NCBI GenBank assembly: GCA_945885335.1
Contig: CAMCYY010000003.1
Location: 1 to 36,535, forward strand
Direction of reading: 5' to 3'
Length of the DNA stretch: 36,535 bases
Source: Bordetella parapertussis
Lineage (GTDB): Bacteria; Pseudomonadota; Gammaproteobacteria; Burkholderiales; SG8-39
Part shown: positions 29,044 through 36,535 of the stretch, piece after piece
Numbering within the stretch: the stretch's first letter is position 1
Layout: every line of letters begins with the position of its first letter
The notes under the pieces: generated by a model
What the model saw: only the letters and a program-made list of their open reading frames with translations
Databases searched by the model: none
Told to the model about the DNA's origin: nothing
Translations under genes and position numbers: made by a program

Positions 29044-29104
29044 ATTATTATTCAGTCGAAAATACTCTTCCAATCGCGTTATTTTTTCTGAACTGATAAT
29101 AATG
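29044..29104. repeat. Imperfect AT-rich inverted repeat related to 17849-17918
   Basis: ATTATTATTCAGT...AACTGATAATAATG; the 14-mer AACTGATAATAATG is identical to 17905-17918. Confidence 0.6.
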
Positions 29105-29145
29105 TTCTCGCCGTCTTGATGGCGGCAGGCTTCCTGCTTGACTGC

Positions 29146-31305
29146 CTAGTCGTCGTGCCGCGGTGGATGGCCGAGCGCGGTGAACATCGCGTCGAATTCC
29201 TCGCCCGGCATGATGCCGCCTTCCCAGACCACGTAGATGCGGTCCTGCGGCAGCAGGTTGCGCCGGCGATGCGTGATCACCAGTCGGCCGATCGGCAATT
29301 CCCCCAGCGCCTTCTGCACTTTTATCTCGGTTTCGTAGTCGAGCATGCTGGTGTATTCGTCGAGCAGCAGGAAGCGCGGCTGCTTGTACAGCGCACGCGC
29401 CAGCAGGATGCGCTGGCGCTGGCCGCCGGAGAGGTTCGTTCCCATGCCGCCCACCAGTGACTGGTAGCCCATGGGCATCATGGCAATGGCTTCGTGCACC
29501 TGTGCGACCTTCGCCGCCTCGATCACGCGGTCCTCGTCCGGCGTGCCATCGAACATGCAGATGTTGTCGAAGATCGATCCGGAGAACAGGAAGTCCTCCT
29601 GCATCACCATGCCCAACATGGAGCGGTAGGTGGCGAGGCCCAGTTTCGAGGTCGGCATGCCGTTCAGCAGCACCTCACCCTCGTCAGGCACCAGCATGCC
29701 TGCGACGATCTTGATCAGTGTCGATTTGCCGCAACCAGACGGGCCGACGATGGCGACCGAATCCTGCGGCGTCAGTTTCAGGTTGATGTTCTTCAGCACC
29801 GCGTCCTCACCGGGGGCGTAGCGGAAGCTCACGTTGCGCAGTTCGATCTCCAGCGGTCCGTCGCGGTCGACGCGCAACCGGTCGGCCGGCAGGCTTTCGA
29901 TTTCCGGTTCGGTGAGCACGATGTCGGCGAGGCGCTCGCCCTGCAGCCGGAGCAGCCTGAAGCTCATGAGGCGGTCGGCCAGCGCCATGATGCGCATCAG
30001 GAACTGGTCCTTGTAGGCGAGGAAGGCCACCATCATGCCGACGGTGAAGGTCTTATCGAGGATCATGCCGACCATCAGGAACAGGATCAGCGAGACTTCC
30101 AGCGCGCTGACCAGGCCGTTGGCACTCTGGTAGATCAGATCCAGCTTGCGGATCGCGACGGTGGCGTTGTAGACGCCGATCTGGCGGTTCATCCAGCCGG
30201 CCACCTGCCAGCCCATCTGCGAGAAAAACTTGATGGCTGGAATGCCGCGCAGGGTTTCGAACAGGAAGGAGTCGCGCGATGCGGAACGGACGATGCGCTC
30301 TTCGGTGGCGGCACGGTAGCGTCCGAACATCATGAAGCGCACCAGCACGTAGCCCAGTGCCGCCAGCAGTACCACGCCGGTCAGTTTGGGGCTGTAGAAG
30401 AACATCACGGTGAGGGCGATGGAGGCCATTAGGGCGTCCAGCACGGTCTCGATGAAATGCGTGCTGATCGTGCTCTGTATCTCGTCCACTGACCGGAAGC
30501 GCGAAATGACATCGCCGACATGGCGTTTTTCGAAAAACGACACGGGCAGGCGCACCAGATGCTGGAACACGCTCGAACTGGAGCGCAGGTTCCACGACAC
30601 GGTGGCCGCCAGCAGCACCCAGCCGCGCAGCATGCGTGTGGCAGTGCGCGTGACCGAAATCAGGAACAGCGCGACCACGACAACGACCAGCAGATTGACA
30701 TCGGCGGTGACCACGACCTCGTCAATGATCCACTGGTTGATCAGCGGCAGGAATATTCCCAGTCCCTCCAGTGCCAGCGACAGCAGCAGCACCTGTGCGA
30801 ATGCGCCCAGCAGGTCGCGGTCGCCGGTCAGGAACATGCGCAGGTTGAGTTGCGTTTTCGCGACCTCGGGTTTGAAGTCGTCGCGTGGGGTCAGTTCTAG
30901 GGCAACGCCGGAAAAATGCTGGCCGACTTCCTCCATGCCGTACTCGCGGCGGCCCAGCTCGGGGTCGTTCACGATCAGCCGGCCGCGGTGCATGCCCACC
31001 ATGACCACAAAGTGGTTCAGGTCCCAGTGCAGGATGCAGGGGGTTTTCAACTGCGGCAGTTCATCGACCTCGAGGCGCACGGCGCGGGCGTTGAACTTGA
31101 GGTCGTCGGCGATTTCCACCAGGCGGGCCAGCGTGGTGCCTTTCATGGACACCGGATGGCGGCGCCGCAACATGAGTACATCGGTTTCGTAGCCGGCCGC
31201 GCTGGCGCACATGGCAAGGCAGGCCAGGCCGCATTCTGCTTCCTCGGTCTGCAGGAGGATCGGCGGTTCACGCCGCGACCAGAGGGAGAAGAAATTCGCG
31301 CTCAT
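29146..31305 (-). CDS. Peptidase-containing ABC transporter (C39 + TMD + NBD), CvaB/MchF/RaxB-like
   Basis: LQTEEAECGLACLAM (catalytic Cys), ILHWDLNHFVV (His), FSGVALELTP, Walker A GPSGCGKST, LSGGQRQR, Walker B LLLDE; probable ATG at 31305. Confidence 0.95.
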   Translation of the reverse strand: MSANFFSLWSRREPPILLQTEEAECGLACLAMCASAAGYETDVLMLRRRHPVSMKGTTLARLVEIADDLKFNARAVRLEVDELPQLKTPCILHWDLNHFVVMVGMHRGRLIVNDPELGRREYGMEEVGQHFSGVALELTPRDDFKPEVAKTQLNLRMFLTGDRDLLGAFAQVLLLSLALEGLGIFLPLINQWIIDEVVVTADVNLLVVVVVALFLISVTRTATRMLRGWVLLAATVSWNLRSSSSVFQHLVRLPVSFFEKRHVGDVISRFRSVDEIQSTISTHFIETVLDALMASIALTVMFFYSPKLTGVVLLAALGYVLVRFMMFGRYRAATEERIVRSASRDSFLFETLRGIPAIKFFSQMGWQVAGWMNRQIGVYNATVAIRKLDLIYQSANGLVSALEVSLILFLMVGMILDKTFTVGMMVAFLAYKDQFLMRIMALADRLMSFRLLRLQGERLADIVLTEPEIESLPADRLRVDRDGPLEIELRNVSFRYAPGEDAVLKNINLKLTPQDSVAIVGPSGCGKSTLIKIVAGMLVPDEGEVLLNGMPTSKLGLATYRSMLGMVMQEDFLFSGSIFDNICMFDGTPDEDRVIEAAKVAQVHEAIAMMPMGYQSLVGGMGTNLSGGQRQRILLARALYKQPRFLLLDEYTSMLDYETEIKVQKALGELPIGRLVITHRRRNLLPQDRIYVVWEGGIMPGEEFDAMFTALGHPPRHDD

Positions 31306-31315
31306 GAGATTGCCT

Positions 31316-32566
31316 TCAAAGCTTGCGTGCCAGGGCATACAGCGGATCGAGCATCCACTCGATCAGGCGGCGGCGGTCCAGCTCGATGTCGGCCGACAGG
31401 GTCAGGCCGGGTCGCAGCCGGATGGTGGAGCCGTAGGCCTCGATCTGTTCGCTGTCCAGTTTGACCCGGATGCGGAACATGTTTCTGTCCTTGGCGGCTG
31501 CCGCTGCCGGCGCGTCCAGGTCGGTCGCCGCCACATCGGCTTCCGAGACCTTGGTGACGGTGCCGCTGTACTGTCCGAATTTTTCAAAGGGAAATGCGTC
31601 GTAGCGCAGCGTGACACGGCGCCCCGGGCGGATCTGCGCCATGGCGCTGCTGGGTACATACAGTACGGCCTGCAGGGTGGCATTGGCGGGGACGATGGCG
31701 GCAATCAGCGTCGCCGGTTCGACGCGCTGTCCGATTGAGCCGAGTAGCGCGGTGACGGTGCCGTCCACCGGCGCGTGCAACTGCAGGGCGCTGTCCGAAC
31801 GGCGCTGCAGGCGGTCCTGTTCCAGCGCGAGGCGGGTGCGTTCCGCACCCGCAGAGTCGGCCTGGGTCCGTGCCTTGAGCGCATCGAGTTCGGTTTGCGC
31901 GCCGCGCGCCTCCGCCTGCAGGGCCTCGCGCGCGCGCATCAGCGACTGCAGTCGTGCACTCTGGTCCAGCTGCTGGTTGAGCTGCTGCTGGTATTGCAGG
32001 TCGGAAATGATGCGCTCGTCGGCCAGCGGCTTGAGGTTTGCAATGACGCGCCCCGAGGCGGCGATGAGCTGCTGTTGCAGGCGAAGTTCTTCATCGATAT
32101 GCACCAGGTCGCGATTCGCGCGGCGCATGCGCTCGGCCAGACCCGCGGCGGTTGCTCTGGCCGCCGCCTGCTGTTCGCGCGTCTGCAGCCGGATCTGGTC
32201 GGCCTGCAGGCCGAGGCTGCGATCGACCAGCGCTGCAGTTGGGCCATCCTGTCCGACGCGTTCGCGGCTGAGCTGTACCAGCAATTCTCCGGCGCGCACC
32301 TCCTGCCCGTCGCGTACCAGGATCGCCGAGATCACTGCGCTTTCGGGTGAACGCAGCCGGATGATGCCCTCGGCGGGGGCGATTACGCCGGTTACTCTTT
32401 CCTTGCGGGTGTATGAACCGAAAAACAGGAAGGTGAGCGCGACCACGGCGATCACGCTGATCAGTGCCACGGGCACCCAGACCTTCACCGGGCGTATGGA
32501 ACTGACATCGCCGGTCCAGCGGCTTTGCCTGGCTTCGATGGCCTGCTTGCGGAACAGGTCGCTCAT
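31316..32566 (-). CDS. HlyD-family periplasmic adaptor, CvaA/RaxA-like
   Basis: MSDLFRKQAI start (ATGA overlap with the tolC-like stop), one TM, GSYTRKERVTG, coiled coil, APVDGTV, LRYDAFPFEKFG, LRPGLTLSADI and LIEWMLDPLY. Confidence 0.94.
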   Translation of the reverse strand: MSDLFRKQAIEARQSRWTGDVSSIRPVKVWVPVALISVIAVVALTFLFFGSYTRKERVTGVIAPAEGIIRLRSPESAVISAILVRDGQEVRAGELLVQLSRERVGQDGPTAALVDRSLGLQADQIRLQTREQQAAARATAAGLAERMRRANRDLVHIDEELRLQQQLIAASGRVIANLKPLADERIISDLQYQQQLNQQLDQSARLQSLMRAREALQAEARGAQTELDALKARTQADSAGAERTRLALEQDRLQRRSDSALQLHAPVDGTVTALLGSIGQRVEPATLIAAIVPANATLQAVLYVPSSAMAQIRPGRRVTLRYDAFPFEKFGQYSGTVTKVSEADVAATDLDAPAAAAAKDRNMFRIRVKLDSEQIEAYGSTIRLRPGLTLSADIELDRRRLIEWMLDPLYALARKL

Positions 32567-34062
32567 GGCGTGCTCCGCTGTGGTGGCATTGTGGCTGTTG
32601 ACGCAGCGGTCTCGAAGGCGGGTTCGATCCTGGCGAGGAACGCGGGGCTCAGGTCGCCGATCAGGGCGGCAATCCGTGACTGGGCCGCCAGCACTGCGAT
32701 GCGTGCGCGCAGCAGTTCGCGCTGCGTCGAAAAACTCAGCTGCTGTGAATTGAGCAGGTCGATGTTCGTGCGCGCGCCGGCATCGAAGGCCTTGCGCGTC
32801 GCCGCCAGTGTGGCATTGGCGGTGGCGAGCACGCCGTTCTGGATGCGCCACTGCTCGATGGCGCGCTGCAGGGCGAGATAGGCCTTGCGCAATTCGGTTT
32901 CCAGCACCCGGCCTGCGTCATCGAGCTGTGCCTGGGCTGCCTCCGAGAGCGCGCTGGCTTCCCGTACGCGGGCCTCGCCCACGCCGCCGGTGTAAAGCGG
33001 AATGGCGAGTTGCACACCGATGCCCGTCGAAGGGATGGTGCCTGAAAGGCCACCGCTCAATCGTGAGCGATCCACATTGCCGACCAGGTCCACGGTCGGG
33101 TTCAGTGCGGCGCGTTGCACGGTGATGCCGGCCCTGGTCGCGCCCAGCGTGGCAGTGAGTCGCGCCAGCGTGGGGTTTTTTTCGTAGGCGAGCGTGACGG
33201 CATTGATGACGTCATTCGGAATCACCAGCGGGGGCAGGCTGTTGCGGACCCGGGTGACCTTCTCGACGCTGGTCCAGGCCAGCCGGCCCAGTTCCGCCAG
33301 TTGTGTGCGATACAGCGCCTGGGCGCCCTCGATCTGCGACAGCAGCGATTCGCTGCGGGATGAGGTTTCCATGACTTCGACCACGGTGCCGACGCCGCCT
33401 TCCATGCGGCGCTGGTTCAAGGTGCGCTGTGTCAGCAGGACGGATCGCTCCTGGTTGAGCAGGTCGGTCTCTTCGTCCGCCTGTGCTGATCCGAGGAAGG
33501 CCTCGATGGTACGGAGCAGGATGTCCTGCCTGCCCTCGGCCTCTGCTTCGCGTGAAGATGATTGCTGGAATTGTGCCTGGTCGATGCCGGCGTCGGCTTG
33601 AGGTCGATACAGCGGAATCGACAGGCGCAACCCGCCGGAAGTGCTGCTGAAGGGCAGGGTACCGCCGATGTCGGCAAGCTCGCGGCGATAGCCGAGCACA
33701 CCGCCCAGGCTGGGGCGCAATCCGCCGCGTGCCTGTTCAAGTCTTTGTTCTTCGGCGCGTGTGCGTGCATCAGCTGCGATCAGGGCTGGCTGCGCCGCAA
33801 GCGCCATCTCCCCCATCTGCGTCAGACTGACGACGGCAGTGGAGGGGCTGCGGTGCGCGCGTGAGACCTGAGTGTCGGCGATGGCGAGTTCGGTGGTCAT
33901 GCGCAGCGGGATGCCTGCCTCTGGTTCAGCCTGCGCCAGCATTGGCAGAGCCGTTGCGGCGAATAGCGCGGCAACCATCAGGAGGCTGAGCGGCTGCCGC
34001 GCAGGATGAGGCTGTCTGTGAGGGGGCGCGCTGGCGAGCATTAAGAATTCTATAGCGGGCAT
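32563..34062 (-). CDS. TolC-family outer membrane channel (start uncertain: 34062, 34041 or 33978)
   Basis: Signal peptide ending LAQA; two OEP repeats (LSIPLY, LAIPLYTGG); FDAGARTNIDLLNSQQ. Confidence 0.92.
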   Translation of the reverse strand: MPAIEFLMLASAPPHRQPHPARQPLSLLMVAALFAATALPMLAQAEPEAGIPLRMTTELAIADTQVSRAHRSPSTAVVSLTQMGEMALAAQPALIAADARTRAEEQRLEQARGGLRPSLGGVLGYRRELADIGGTLPFSSTSGGLRLSIPLYRPQADAGIDQAQFQQSSSREAEAEGRQDILLRTIEAFLGSAQADEETDLLNQERSVLLTQRTLNQRRMEGGVGTVVEVMETSSRSESLLSQIEGAQALYRTQLAELGRLAWTSVEKVTRVRNSLPPLVIPNDVINAVTLAYEKNPTLARLTATLGATRAGITVQRAALNPTVDLVGNVDRSRLSGGLSGTIPSTGIGVQLAIPLYTGGVGEARVREASALSEAAQAQLDDAGRVLETELRKAYLALQRAIEQWRIQNGVLATANATLAATRKAFDAGARTNIDLLNSQQLSFSTQRELLRARIAVLAAQSRIAALIGDLSPAFLARIEPAFETAASTATMPPQRSTP

Positions 34063-34063
34063 G

Positions 34064-34091
34064 AAAAAAAGCCGCCTGTTGGCGGCTTTTT
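34064..34091 (-). terminator. Intrinsic terminator between the precursor gene and the tolC-like gene
   Basis: A7-GCCGCC-TGTT-GGCGGC-T5 on the + strand, which gives a stem plus U7 on the - strand about 47 nt after the precursor stop. Confidence 0.88.
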
Positions 34092-34137
34092 CGCAGGATG
34101 AAGTGCCGGCACGTAGCCGGCATCGACATCTAACGTG

Positions 34138-34371
34138 TCAGGGGAAAATGCAATTCGGTGTGCCATCCGGGTTAAGGCCGACCAATACGGCACCAACAGG
34201 GCATGACGGGCCGGTACCGCCGCCGCCACTGCCGCCACCACCGCATTGATTGCTGCCCTGGCTGCTGCCATGGCCACTACCGTGACCACTGCCATGGTTG
34301 CCTTTGCCGCCGCGCCGTTTTTTGCCGCCGCCACTGACTTGAAATAACTCTTCGGGTTTCAACTCTCTCAT
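34138..34371 (-). CDS. Double-glycine-leader secreted peptide precursor (77 aa), Gly/Ser/His-rich
   Basis: The leader MRELKPEELFQVSGG matches the 15-aa colicin V-type leader (MRTLTLNELDSVSGG). GGGAG RBS; directly upstream of a C39 exporter system. Confidence 0.9.
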   Translation of the reverse strand: MRELKPEELFQVSGGGKKRRGGKGNHGSGHGSGHGSSQGSNQCGGGGSGGGGTGPSCPVGAVLVGLNPDGTPNCIFP

Positions 34372-34537
34372 GAGTGTGCTCTCCCAATATTGTTAGCAAG
34401 GGCGCGCACGTGTGATTGCGCGCGGAATTAAGTAAAACTACGCATGGCCTACAGTGGCAGAATATTCGCATATTTTGCCGTTCGGTAACAAGTCTTTGTG
34501 CCGGGTATTTACCAATATTTCAATGTGTTAAGCTAAT

Positions 34538-34554
34538 GTCATAAGAATTATGAC
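34538..34554. promoter_or_regulatory. Candidate operator palindrome upstream of the precursor
   Basis: GTCATAA-GAA-TTATGAC, a perfect 7-3-7 inverted repeat in an AT-rich intergenic region. Confidence 0.45.
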
Positions 34555-34618
34555 CATGTCATGAGGAGCCGCTGGTGTGGGGCCATTTCCGGCCGGATGC
34601 CTGAAAAGGGAGCAGCAC

Positions 34619-35764
34619 CTAGCGACCAGTCAGGATGCTCAGGCCGAACACGCGCTCCAGCATCCAGACCAGCGCAATCAGCGCAATCAGCAGTGAGCCG
34701 CCAGTCATGATGCCGCGGCGGTAGAAATTCGTGCTGCGCAGTGCGTAGGCCAGCGGCAGGAAGGCCGCAACGATGGCCAGCTGCCCGGCCTCGACGCCGA
34801 GGTTGAATCCCACCAGCGCCAGCAGCAGCGCATCGCGCGGCAGGCCGAGGTCAGCCAGCACGCTGGCAAAGCCGAAGCCGTGGACCAGCCCGAACAGGAA
34901 GGCCATCATCCAGCGTTTCTCGGCGATCACCGGGCGCACATTGTTCAACGCGGCAAGCACGACCGAAAGGGCGATTGTCGATTCGACCAGGCGCGAGGGC
35001 AGCGAGATCACTTCCAGCGCGGCCAGTGACAGGGTGATGGAGTGCGCCACGGTGAACGAGGTCACCACTTTCAGCACATCCCAGAACACCGGGGTGAAGC
35101 GTGGCGAGGCCTGCCACTGTCCGTGGCGCGATGCCACCAGCACCGCCGGCAGCAGCAGTGACAGCAGGAACAGGATGTGGTCAAAGCCGATCCAGATGTG
35201 CCACACGCCTTCACGGCCGAAGTCGATGAACTGCTCGAGCAGGGTGCGCGTGCGCAGCTCGAATTTCTGTTCGCCACGGTCGGCGGAAAAAACACCGGTG
35301 AGCGTCCCGCTGGCGGAGTCAAGTTTCAGCAGACCCTTGTGCTGGGTGTCGAAATCAAAGAACAGGCTGTAGCGGATATCCAGCGCATCCGCGGCGCGCA
35401 CACATTCGCCTTCGAATCGGAGCACGGCATAGGCGCCGTCGGAGTGGTCATCGACCAGCTGTGTGGTGGCGCGCAACGGGCAGTCCTCTGTGCCGGTTTG
35501 AACCTTCAGTCTTGCCAGCGCATAGGAGGCGATGTCAGCGTGCTTCGCCCTGAGTTCGCCCCAGGTGATTTCGCCATTGCCGTCAGCATCCAGGCCGATG
35601 GCGTACTCGAGGTCGCGCAGCGCGATGTCCCATTGGCCGGTGACTTGTCTTGCTTCGACCTTCAGGCTCAGGTAACTGTCGCTGGGCTTGTGTGCCAACG
35701 CCGGCGATGGCGGCAGCAACAGCGTCAGCAGCAGGGTGCCGAAAATCAACCGGATATTCTTCAT
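34619..35764 (-). CDS. HupE/UreJ-family membrane protein with an N-terminal periplasmic domain
   Basis: Signal peptide ending ALA-H, then GVWHIWIGFDHILFLLSLLL, FTVAHSITL and FGLVHGFGFA; the ATG overlaps the upstream stop. Confidence 0.9.
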   Translation of the reverse strand: MKNIRLIFGTLLLTLLLPPSPALAHKPSDSYLSLKVEARQVTGQWDIALRDLEYAIGLDADGNGEITWGELRAKHADIASYALARLKVQTGTEDCPLRATTQLVDDHSDGAYAVLRFEGECVRAADALDIRYSLFFDFDTQHKGLLKLDSASGTLTGVFSADRGEQKFELRTRTLLEQFIDFGREGVWHIWIGFDHILFLLSLLLPAVLVASRHGQWQASPRFTPVFWDVLKVVTSFTVAHSITLSLAALEVISLPSRLVESTIALSVVLAALNNVRPVIAEKRWMMAFLFGLVHGFGFASVLADLGLPRDALLLALVGFNLGVEAGQLAIVAAFLPLAYALRSTNFYRRGIMTGGSLLIALIALVWMLERVFGLSILTGR

Positions 35765-36535
35765 TTTGCGATCTTTCGCACGGCTTCGGCCAGCGCTCGA
35801 TAACGTGGGTCTTCGTAGCCGGTGCTGTCCATCCATGCAAGAGCAGCCTCTGCCACCCTACGGTCCTTTGCAGCCAGCGCCACTTCCATCAGGAGGCGCG
35901 CATCGCGCGGCTCGCGTTGCACCGCCCAGCCTTCGATGGCCAGCCTGGCCGCCCTGGCCGGGTCGTTATGCAATATCAACCGATGGTGCGCCTCTTCCTG
36001 CAGATGCAGGCGGTCGCCGCGCAGTGCCGCAGCGGCAAAGCGGTCATCAAGGGCGCGGATGTAGCGCGCCGCATCCGGTGACTTCAGCACGTGGGCTGCC
36101 AGCGCCAGGCGCAGCAGCAGCACATCAGAGCTTTCCCAGTTGCGCAGCAGCGTGATCACCTCTGAAGGGCGACTCTCGTCAAGCAGCAGGTCGGCATAGG
36201 CCGCGAGCACGAAGCCGTCAGTCAGACCGGTGGCGATCGCTTCCTTGAAATGGCGTTCGGTGCGCAACTTGTCGCCCGAACGCAGTGCCATTTCAGCCAG
36301 TCGCGTCAACACCCATTGCTGGTATTCGGTATTGCGTGGGGGGGTTCTCTCCAGCGCAGCAGACAGTGCGGCATAAGCCTGCCTCGATTTGCCGTTGATA
36401 CTGTCGATGACCGCGAAGCAGGCCGCCGATGCGAGCGGCGTTGCCTTCGGCGCCAGGCGCTCGCAAGCGGTGCGTGCGCCGGCATAGTCGGCCTGGACCA
36501 GATGCAGGGCGAATTGCCAGGAGATGGCTTCGGTG
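35761..36535 (-). CDS. TPR-like helical protein, 3' part; runs off the right edge
   Basis: Frame open to the window edge, with Ala/Leu-rich helical repeats (LAEMALRSG, AAYADLLLDE) and WAVQREPRDARLL; usual partner upstream of HupE/UreJ-like genes. Confidence 0.8.
   Translation of the reverse strand, partial: TEAISWQFALHLVQADYAGARTACERLAPKATPLASAACFAVIDSINGKSRQAYAALSAALERTPPRNTEYQQWVLTRLAEMALRSGDKLRTERHFKEAIATGLTDGFVLAAYADLLLDESRPSEVITLLRNWESSDVLLLRLALAAHVLKSPDAARYIRALDDRFAAAALRGDRLHLQEEAHHRLILHNDPARAARLAIEGWAVQREPRDARLLMEVALAAKDRRVAEAALAWMDSTGYEDPRYRALAEAVRKIAK

Noticed and set aside
31316-32851. Extended N-termini in the ORF track for HlyD (32851), EamA (12829), dnaE (14243), SulP (21169) and HupE/UreJ (35836)
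   Set aside because: The extensions overlap neighbouring genes or lack family similarity. Downstream starts give ATGA coupling or typical N-termini.
34138-34371. Microcin B17-like (thiazole/oxazole) precursor, suggested by poly-Gly with Ser/Cys
   Set aside because: No YcaO or dehydrogenase genes in the locus, and the leader is the double-glycine export type. Modification in trans is not excluded.
34277-34471. 64-aa ORF as a possible immunity gene
   Set aside because: It overlaps the precursor in another frame and its promoter region, has no RBS, and is not a hydrophobic membrane peptide.

Overview
A GC-rich, betaproteobacterial-type chromosomal window, mostly housekeeping. It holds a GGDEF 3' end, panDCB, a deoxynucleoside kinase, a DUF486-like gene, folK, pcnB, a HAD hydrolase, hda, an AI-2E transporter, purM, a RIO1-like kinase, a lipoprotein, EamA, a TrhO-like rhodanese, dnaE, acyP, two paralogous membrane proteins, SulP, metG, apbC, a long-form dcd and an Orn/Lys/Arg decarboxylase. 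The best candidate for an undescribed system is at 29.1-34.6 kb. There a 77-aa precursor with a colicin V-type double-glycine leader sits above its own TolC, HlyD-family adaptor and C39-peptidase ABC exporter. The predicted 62-aa core is not microcin-like: a basic head, (H/Q)GS repeats, a G4S-type linker and a Cys-bracketed tail. No immunity or modification gene is visible. Other signals: a diverged duplication of a whole convergent gene junction, a probable ATC start codon, an in-frame deletion in a DUF486-like gene, a REP-like hairpin translated inside metG, and an AT-rich inverted repeat at two convergent junctions. There are also pseudogene remnants after dcd and a candidate leader peptide before the decarboxylase. 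All family assignments come from motif recognition by eye; no database searches were run.
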